Below, one piece after another: positions 9,740-18,409 of a DNA stretch of 64,000 bases. The notes below the pieces were generated by a model, which was not told the origin of the DNA, searched no databases, and saw nothing but the letters and a program-made list of their open reading frames with translations. Origin of the DNA: Selaginella moellendorffii (Eukaryota; Plantae; Lycopodiophyta); assembly GCF_000143415.4 (NCBI RefSeq), contig NW_003314284.1:664693-728692 (forward strand). The letters run 5' to 3'. The position numbers and the translations under genes are program-made. Position 1 is the stretch's first letter. Each line of letters starts with the position of its first letter.

Positions 9740-12504
9740 TTCAGGCAAAGGTGTTTCTAAACAACCCCGAGGGGGAGGTGGTAGCTGAGGGCTTAGCCAC
9801 AGTTGTCGATCCAAGAGATGCGGTTGCTAATCAAGAATTGGGCTGGGATGATATTGGAGTTGCGATTTTAGAGGTTGTTGACACAGAAGAAAACAGTCTG
9901 ACTATTGGAAGCATTGTGCAGTGGAAATTGAGGCACTTAGTGTTTGAGAATGTGAAGGATTCACAATCAAACACCACTACAACTGATGACAGAACATCTC
10001 TTCATGGGAAAAGAAAGTACACCTTCCTAAAGCACAGCCAAAGGGATCTAAGCAACGAACCGAAAAGGTAGAAAATGGCGATGGAGGTTCGAATGGTCTC
10101 GACAGTTGCTTGTTGCAAGAGGAGGTGTTGTCAACATACTGATTGGGATGCTATTGAAGAGGAGAGAGCAAGATACAAGACATTGTCCTGGAAGGCAGCT
10201 CGCAATTTTGTGTATGAGGCATTATGGTCATTTGTTGATGCTTCAGAACATCAGGTGGGGGGCATGGTCTTCCAGAGGGGTTTGGTTTGCATGAAGGCAT
10301 GGAGAATCATTTATGGAGTCCCTCGAACCACATTCTACAGAATCAAAACTGAGTTCGAGGAACAAAGGGTTCAACAGGCAATCCATGGGAACGACGGTAC
10401 GCACAAAACCAGGGGTCATGTTGTATATGGAGAGGCAATCTTCAAGAGGTTTGTCGAGACATGTAGCGAGCAGCAACCACATAAAACCCGCCTCTTGGAA
10501 GATGGAACACGAGACACCCAACGAGTTCTCCCTTCCATGTATACCAAGGGGGCCATATTGGAAGATGTGAATCGGGAACTCCAGAGTAATGGCTATAGGA
10601 AGCTGAGCCAATCTAAATTTAGTAGATTGTGGAGCAACAGGTTCAGGGATGTGAGTATAGGAAAGTACTCCAGCTTTTCAAAGTGTGACGAGTGCACTGC
10701 TATCAAAATGGCTTTGTCGAAGAATTCTTGCATCGCTCAAGAGCGAGAGACGTTGGTTAGAAGGCGGCTCAACCACAACATCGAGCAGAGAAGCTGCAGG
10801 ACTGCATATTATCATAACAGGATTCTCTCCATGGAGAGACCTGACTCTTACCTCTGCATCATCCACGACAAAATGGACCAGAAAAAGACGTGCTTACCTC
10901 AACTCAATCCTGCCCCCAAGGCAATCTCTTCATCCATGCAGCTGCCTGTGTCTCTGTTTGGCATAATCGCTCATGGGCATGGTGCCCAGAACTATGGGAA
11001 CTTCTTTGTACCTCTATGGGGTGGCGGGGGTGAAAACATGATGATTGCATCCCTAGCAAAACACTTAAGGTCTCTGCAAAGTGCGCAGACTAAGCTGAAC
11101 GGCCAACCCTTGCATAAGGCCCTTGTCGATCGAACCCCATACAGGGTTCAGTTGGAAGAGGAGCAAAGGCTTGCAGTATCGCGTGGGGCCCCATGCCATC
11201 CCAGTGAATATGTTGGCCGTCAGATTGTAGGGTTATCACGTGAGGCCTCATGCCATTCCGACGAGGCTGGTCGCCCGGTGAATGCACAGCCTCATCCAAA
11301 CGAAGCAGAATCTCAAGGAAGTTCTTGCGGCCGATGTGGCCTTCCACCCCATCTTCTACTCAAAACAGACAATGCTGGCAGTGAGAACAAAAACATGTAC
11401 GTCTTCGCGTACTTGGCGATGCTTGTTGCCAAAGGCATATTTGAAACGGTTACACTTGGCTTTCTCATAGTTGGGCACACTCATGAAGACGTCGATGCCA
11501 TGTTCAGTCACCTGGCAGAGTCCCTCCGGCGATCCAATGTCCTCACCCTCCCACAACTCTACGATGAATTCCAAAATTGCATCAAAGGCACTGTTGAAGC
11601 TGCACTTGTGACAGAGGTTCCAGACTTTAAGGGGTTTGTAAGAGGCTACATCAGGGACGGATCCGAAACGCTGATTGGCCACTCCAATCCTCTTCAGTTT
11701 CATTTCAACATGCGTGACAGTGTTCCAGTGATGAGGTACAAGATGAGAGAATGGGACACAGTGTGGTTGCCAGTGGACGGCATTGAACTCTTCAAGAGAG
11801 ATCCCATAACTGGGGAACCTATGATTCCTTAGGGTTCCCCACGGCCGATGCACCCGGATGGACTCAAAGACCAGGAAAGTATAGTGGCCGGGATTAGACA
11901 GCATATTGCCTTCTGGAAGAGGGGGTTGGTGTTTGGTGGAGAATCCTATTTTCAGAGGTGCAAGCCTTTGATCGAATACTGGGAGAAGATTATATCTGCT
12001 ATCCAAAATGGGCCTGTTGTATATGAAGAATTGGAAGAGTCCTTTTGGCCAGAACCCAGAGCACCAGATAGTAGCGGAACAATGTTCTTTGGAAATGCAG
12101 TGACAGATAACGATGTTGAGGATCACTATTGTGGGCCGTGGAACAAGAAGCCGGATTCAGCATTCAATCCAGTACAGGTCTGCAAAGGAATGGTCGTGTT
12201 TGTCAGACCCAGTAATAAAAAACAAATGATATGGGTGGGGCGCTGCATCACTGATGCAGAGGAGGACGCGGAAACTAACTCCTTCAATGTAACTGTGGAG
12301 TGGTTCAAGCCAAGTTTCGGATATACGAAGGATTGCCTAGAAAAGAGATGGGTGCTGAATCCAAGGGATCCCAGCATGAGCATATCGGTGGATAATGTTG
12401 TGCATGGTTGGATGCGGAAGCAGAGTGCCACTATCACCTTGCCAGACCATGCAAGAGATGCAGCAAGAGCATTCATAACCCGGGTTCAAGGTGAGATTCA
12501 TTAA
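9740..12504 (+). pseudogene. Sola-like DDD (RNase H fold) transposase, ~940 aa when reconstructed, two in-frame TAG stops
   Basis: ORFs ..10071, 10075-11832 and 11848-12504 are in one frame, separated by TAG at 10069 (CAG in A and C) and at 11830. Motifs IIHDKMDQKKTCLP, LKTDNAGSENKN and FLIVGHTHEDVDAMFS match the D / DNxxxxNKN / GHTxxxxD pattern of Sola-type transposases. Probable short last exon after donor 12491 (GEQSKSESEEA*). Confidence 0.75.
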
Positions 12505-13217
12505 TATTCCTTTACTAAGTTTCTAATGTATTTTATTTCAAGGTGAACAATCCAAATCTGAATCAGAGGAGGCGTGATGGCATGTGGCCTTACACCATTC
12601 CTAGGTGAGATGATACAAATAACAAGTATAAATTCTTAGTTGTTCTAGCAAATCTTACTTAAAGTTCAAGGTGAACAAGCCGAATATGAATTCATCGGAT
12701 TGTTATAACAAATTGCGAGGTGATGGCATGAGGCGATACGCCATTTGAGAGTGGTAGCCATTCCTATATAAGGTGAGTGAAATATTTATTAGAAATACCT
12801 CATTCAATTGTGCACTTCTAAGTCTTGGTCCACTCAGTACTGTTTGCATGTTTTTATTTTAATTATTTCTCTAAAATGTTATTTAGCATGTGGCTTCATG
12901 CCATTGCTCTCCACAATCATGCATTGAATTTTTCTATCCTTGCATAATACTTCTCCATATATATAGCATGTATGCACATGTGATATGGTTCATTAGGCCT
13001 GATATAGTGTGTAAGGTAAAACAAAGATGATGTGACATATGCATTTACCAATCACACGTGCATAAATCTAATAATATGGTGTGTGGCCCATATTAATGGC
13101 ACATAAACCCATATTGTGGGCTTACGTGCTTTATGTACCATCATTCCCTTGCAGCGTGTGTGTTGGTTTCCTTTTATAACACAACGAACTCCATATTTTA
13201 GGGTGAAGAGCGTTCTC

Positions 13218-13475
13218 ATGGCAAGCACAAAATCTGTAAGTGAGGCAGAAAAGGAGACGGAGAAGGAGATAGGTGAAGATGTAGAATATATAAGTCTTCC
13301 AAACTCCCCGTACTATACTCCAGGTGATCATTTTTCTGAACAAACGGCAACATTAACAACTATCGAGAACGCCCCAGTAACGTCAGAGACAACAATCCAA
13401 AGCAAAACAACTGACCCGGAGAAGGATGATAGTACCGCTGAGAGTACCAAAAAGGAGGTGTCCACTAGCGCTTAG
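13218..13475 (+). CDS. Short acidic Thr/Glu-rich ORF or exon inside the transposon 3' region
   Basis: Open frame preceded by a TTTTAG acceptor at ~13201. No family recognised. Confidence 0.25.
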   Translation: MASTKSVSEAEKETEKEIGEDVEYISLPNSPYYTPGDHFSEQTATLTTIENAPVTSETTIQSKTTDPEKDDSTAESTKKEVSTSA

Positions 13476-14289
13476 GCTTATAATGGCGTGTGCCCTCATG
13501 TCATTTACTTGATCACCAAATACCTTTTTCCCTTTGCACTAGTATATCTTAATACCGGTCTGAGAAATAGAATGGCATGTGCCCTCAGGCCTTTTACTAA
13601 ATCACCTTTGAAAGAAATGCAAGCCTCTATGTCGTAAAAAAAAGGTACTAGAGAAATTCCTTAATAATATGAATGTTATTTAGTTTCATGAAAATACACT
13701 AAGGGTCAAGTGAATTAAATGACTTCTCCAGACTAGCAATGCCTCTTGCTACACCTTCACAATTAGATTCATTAGAAAAAGATAACATTGAATAATATCT
13801 AAATGTTCTCACCATTAAGTTATATGTCTGGCTAATAGGAATGACATTCATCTTGGAAAGCTCACCACACGCTCAATGAACAAACAAATAGTGTGTGCGC
13901 GCATGCCATCGCTCTTCTTTAGCTTCAGATTCGGCTTGTTCACCTTGACAATGAGATTTATTATACAACCAAATGGACTCAGTCTAGACACAAAGTCACC
14001 GCGCTAGTCACCATGCCCCAGATATGTCTAGCCCCTGGACAAAAAACATATAATTTCACGTCATTTTCAAATACTTGAAAATTTGTACTTAGTCCCATTT
14101 TACTGAATAAATCCCACTTTAACGAAATAGAGCATATACCAGTGGAATATTTCAACATGGGACTTTGGATCTCGCGAGAAATAACCTCTGGGGCTCGCTC
14201 CCACAAGCTTGCAACCTATAAGGCGTTGACACAGTTTGTGTCAATGCTGACTTTGGGTTGACTCCCACGCGGTTGCTGTGTTGTTGACA

Positions 14290-14500
14290 TTCTGGCGACG
14301 TCTAGCTTGATAGTGCCGAGGAGGTGACAGACAAGATGCCATTTGCCGCCCATGGTGCTACATGGGGGAGCTTGCTAGCAGCGTGAACTTTCTACGAGAA
14401 TGATGATCTGGCAGCTCGGGCAGCTGAGAAAATTGTGGAGTTTAGGCCTGAATGTCCATATGTGTTGGTTGCCAACCTTCACGCTGCTGGCAAAAGGCAA
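14290..14500 (+). pseudogene. PPR E-domain fragment
   Basis: Translates as AEEVTDKMPFAA..TWGSLLA..ENDDLAARAAEKIVEFRPECPYVLVANL with frameshifts. Confidence 0.5.
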
Positions 14501-14644
14501 GACTACAACGCAAAGCTTTAACAGCATTTCTAAATTTGTATACTCAAAATGCAAGGATCGTGGAGGGCACTTTTTGTCGAGGCTGCTGATAATCCAGTTG
14601 ATTTGCAGCAGGCGTGACAATCCTGATGTTGCCGGTGTTGGAAG

Positions 14645-14930
14645 TCAACGCTGATAGATCTCCTTCAAACTCGTTGTGGGAGAGATCCAAGTGAACCAGC
14701 CGGTGGAGCTGGCCGAAATCCATGTCTTGTTTTCCAAGCTTGACCTTGCCACCATGAGAATGGAGAGGCTCGAAGACTTACCCAGAGAAGCTGGAAGGCT
14801 GCCAACCAGAAGATTTTCTGACAAGTCCAAATAGTAGAGCTGTGCGCCTCCCAGGCCTAGGAAGATATTTCTCCGAGAACTGGTTTAGCTTTCCAAGGCA
14901 AGATGGTATTGAGTTCGAGGACAAATCACT
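14645..14930 (-). pseudogene. Plant extracellular LRR (RLK/RLP) fragment
   Basis: LDLSENLLVGSLPASLGKSSSLSIL and DLSSNSIPSCLGKL match the LxxLDLSxNxLxGxIPxxLG consensus; broken frames. Confidence 0.6.
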
Positions 14931-16712
14931 TGCTGATGCTCGTCCGGCATGGCTGCACCAGGCCAGAATGGCGATCCTGTCTGGTGCAATCCCTGCCAAG
15001 TTCATCATCCGGAAGAGAAAGAGGGCTTCGTCTGCTGGCGCATGATCCTTGATATGGCATTCCACGACACGAGGTCCCGGACAAGCATTTCATGGAAAGT
15101 TGTGAGAGCTTCCTGAAAGAAGCCGTTTTACTAGTAGGCCGAGGTCATGATGTTCCATGCTGTGACTTCGCGAGTGGGCATGGATGCCAAGAGTCCCCTG
15201 GCCTCGCTCACTCTGCCGCAGTGAGAGAGCCCCGTGATCACTGAGCTCCATGACACAACGTGCCTCTGCAGCATTCTGTCGAATGCGAGCCTGGCCTCAT
15301 CCAAGCAGGAGAATTGGCAGTAGACTGCGATCATGGTGTTCCAAGATACTGGGGTTCTCTCAGGCATGGATTTGAATCTCGTTTGGCACTGCTCTAAGCA
15401 ACCATTCGTCCAAATGCCACGAGCTCTACATTCCATGAGATGACACAGTGTTTTGGCATCCTTTCCAGGACCTGCAAGGCTTGAGCGCGATATCCCGCTT
15501 CGGAAGTTCCACGAAAATGGATCCGCATCAAAGCATCAACGTATCCAAGTTGGGCATTTGCTGCAACAACAGCATTCCAGGAGACGACATTGCAGAAAGG
15601 CATTTTTCTGGAACATGATATTCACAAGATTAATGGAGCTGTTCTGTGCGCCAGATGACATCAAAGCAGTCCAGGAGATCACGTTTCTTTTGATCAAACA
15701 TAAACTTTGCGTGATCAACACACCGCTTTGAGCATAGGCTGACACTGCGATGTTCCACAACACTAAGCTTCTGCATGGCATTTTATCAAACATCATCCTT
15801 GTCATGTCAATCTTACCATTCTGTAGAAATGATTTTGCCAGAACATTCCAGGTACCCGCTGCTTTGCCTTGCGTTGAATCAAACATCTCTTTTGCCTGAC
15901 CAAGATGCTCCCCCCAATAAAATCATCAGATCAAATCCCTTTCCTCCATTGCAAGAAATATCCTCGCCTCCACATCCATTCCATTTTGCACAAACGCAGT
16001 GATCATGGCCGTTGACGACAAGGCATCGTGAAGTGGCATCCTCTCAAACACGGGGCACCAAGGATATCCGGCTTGGGCATACGCATTGAATATCCTTGTC
16101 CACGAAAAAGAATTCTGTTGCGGCATAACGTCAAAAAGGGCCTTGGAAACCTCCAGACCGTTTGGCAAATGTGGAAATGAGGCAGTTCCATGCTACCTCG
16201 TTCCGCTTAGGCATCCTGTCAAAGAACTTTCTAGCCAGAAGGGACCGTGCAAACGCGATTATCATCAATTTCCAGGTGATTAGATCCCGCCCGCGCATGC
16301 CATCGAATCAATCCAGCGTCTTCAAAATACCTGGTCTGGGCATATACAATAGTCACGGAGTTCCAAAAAACTGTGTCAGGTAGGGGGACTTGATCTTGGC
16401 TTCTTTCAGTCGACCATTGTGGTTGTAGACATTGAGCATAATGTTGTGTGATCTGGTGTCAGGGTTCGGGATAGAGGCGAAGATCTCCAAGGCCCGCTGC
16501 AGTTCCCCGCAAGCGCCATACATGAGCACCAGATAATCCGCCAGGAACTTGCAATGGCGGAGATTGGAAATAAGCATGGAGCTGTCCTCGTTGAGATCTT
16601 TGCTCCTGGCACATGCCTTGAGACGGTGTCCCAGTTCTTCCACAGATCCATTGCTCTTGCTGGAGCTGCCATATTGTGCTGTGAGAATCTTTCTGAATCC
16701 TTTTACAGACAA
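14931..16712 (-). pseudogene. Frameshifted PLS-class PPR gene
   Basis: Successive short minus-strand ORFs with FDRMxxRxVVSWN repeats, N-terminal RLKACARSKDL..LVLMYGACGEL and C-terminal ILAWCSHAG; many frameshifts and stops. Confidence 0.85.
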
Positions 16713-17350
16713 TATGATAATATATATACATTAATGTTTAGCTAATATAAGTTTGTTATTTAAGTAGACATAATAAAAATTGACAGAAATTTGAGAGATC
16801 TGCTGTATTTTTGGTTTAGTTGTAAATTTGATGTTTTTCAGAATGTTTGCCATCCAAATATTGTGTGGATATTTGTGATGTGCTCCTCATACAAGATTTG
16901 ACTTGTAGATTGGTGGATTCCTCATTGATAAGTTTTGGTAGACGTCCTATCACGGCATCCTTGGATGGATTGCAAAATGCCACAATGGAGAGGTGAGTTT
17001 GATCATGGACAAGGACTTGGTGTTTAATGCTCTTGTATTTTCTATTGCTCAAGATCTGGATGGAAGAGAACAAGAACCATGATCAAAGTACTATAAAAGT
17101 GGTTATTCAACGTAGCGTCACTTTTTGTGTGGATTGACCCCAAGGATCAGTTTTATGCTCGTATTACTGCCAATTCACTGAGAAAGGCAATGAGGTCTGG
17201 GCTGGAATTTTGCAACGCCAGAGAGGGCTTTGTGACCCCATCTCACACCTCACTGGAGATGTCATATATAGAGTTTGATCGTTTATCATCACGATGATGG
17301 ACCAAGAACAATCAGCGAATGGCTGGAGCTCAACTTTTCTTCACGAATCA

Positions 17351-17860
17351 TCAGGCCTGGGGCGGCCAAACACTTCTCTTCTCCTTCTCATACTTGACAA
17401 ACAACGCAGCTATGGCGAGCATGGTGTAGGCCTGGATCCCAATTATCGCTGCTTCATGGTACTTGACAAAGCTGCTGCCCGTTGCTAGCTCTACCAGGAG
17501 CAGCGCCGCCAAGCCGAGCATCGCAAACCTTCCATTGAGCCTCTCGGTGTATGGATTAAACCCGAGCTCCACCACTAGACCCTCCGAGATGGCATCCTCG
17601 AGAGGCACCGGCGGTAGCAACAACGCCTTGCCTCCTTTGCTGGCGCCCCCGCTGCCTTCCAGTTTCTTCGCCCTGCGTGCCGCAGCCTTCTTTCCAGCAG
17701 CGGACTTCCTCTGGATCCTTGCTAGCCGGGCCTCAAACTCTTCCTCCTCGCTGCTCACTGCACGTACCTGGAGACCGAATTGCTTGCTCTTGTGCTGCCG
17801 GGAACAATGCCTGACGCGTGAGTTTGGAATGGTGACGAAGGTTGAGCCTGCCGTCGCCAT
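17351..17860 (-). CDS. Two-helix LHC-like stress-enhanced protein (SEP4-like), plastid targeted, 169 aa
   Basis: Chlorophyll-binding motif ERLNGRFAMLGL, second hydrophobic helix, EKEKxSVWP end, transit-peptide-like N-terminus (..LQVRA). ATG at 17860. Confidence 0.85.
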   Translation of the reverse strand: MATAGSTFVTIPNSRVRHCSRQHKSKQFGLQVRAVSSEEEEFEARLARIQRKSAAGKKAAARRAKKLEGSGGASKGGKALLLPPVPLEDAISEGLVVELGFNPYTERLNGRFAMLGLAALLLVELATGSSFVKYHEAAIIGIQAYTMLAIAALFVKYEKEKRSVWPPQA

Positions 17861-17900
17861 AGCCAATGCCTTCCCACCCCTTTTGTCTATCCACTCGTGC

Positions 17901-18348
17901 TTATCTCCTAACCGAGAAGCTTGAACCGGCCAACGTAACCAAGCTCTCACTGTGCCTTGTTGTTGAGAGCTCCGAGCTCGTCCATTTGCTGCTGGACAGT
18001 AACCAGTCCAGTCTCGGAGACAAACCTGATAGAAGAAGCCGCAAGAACGAACTTTTGTAAGAGCACAAAGAAGACGGCCTTACCATTTGAGGAGAAGGAA
18101 GAGCGTTGCTGCGAGAGCTGTGAGGCAGCAGACATGGAGCAGCAGCTCGTTACTGCTCCACTGCACTGCGATTGCAAGCTGCACGGCTAGAACCACGGAC
18201 AAGGAGATCATCACGTTTCTAAAAGCCGTCCATGTTGGTCTCTGCAAACACACGACCTCAAGCCATCATCGCAGCGAAGAAACAAGAAAACGAAAGCACT
18301 CACATTGACACCGGGAGCCAAGGCGCCTACGATCACAGCCTCCGCCAT
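17901..18348 (-). CDS. Predicted 3-exon 90-aa Ser-rich ORF (exons 18348-18304, 18186-18084, 18025-17901)
   Basis: Canonical GTGAGT..CTAG and GTAAG..TCAG introns join three segments in frame from ATG to TAA. Confidence 0.4.
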
Positions 18349-18409
18349 ATCTGTGTTTAGGGTAGCTCTGAATAGAAAACCAAAGAAAAGAAAGACAAAC
18401 ACCTCTCTT

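Larger units (their letters stand above)
6671..14133 (+). mobile_element. DNA transposon copy B, non-deleted form (assembly gap 9281-9739)
   Basis: Starts at TAATCCCGCC (same site as A 1056) and ends ...GAAATAGAGC followed by unrelated DNA (ATAT...). Carries the full transposase region. Confidence 0.85.

Noticed and set aside
9189-10071. ORFs spanning N runs (also 27727-28194)
   Set aside because: Artefacts of assembly gaps 9281-9739 and 27936-28035.
10075-11832. GHTH motif as an HUH endonuclease (Helitron/Replitron)
   Set aside because: The surrounding D..DNxxxxNKN..GHTxxxxD pattern fits a DDD transposase. No Rep catalytic-Tyr motif or helicase was seen.
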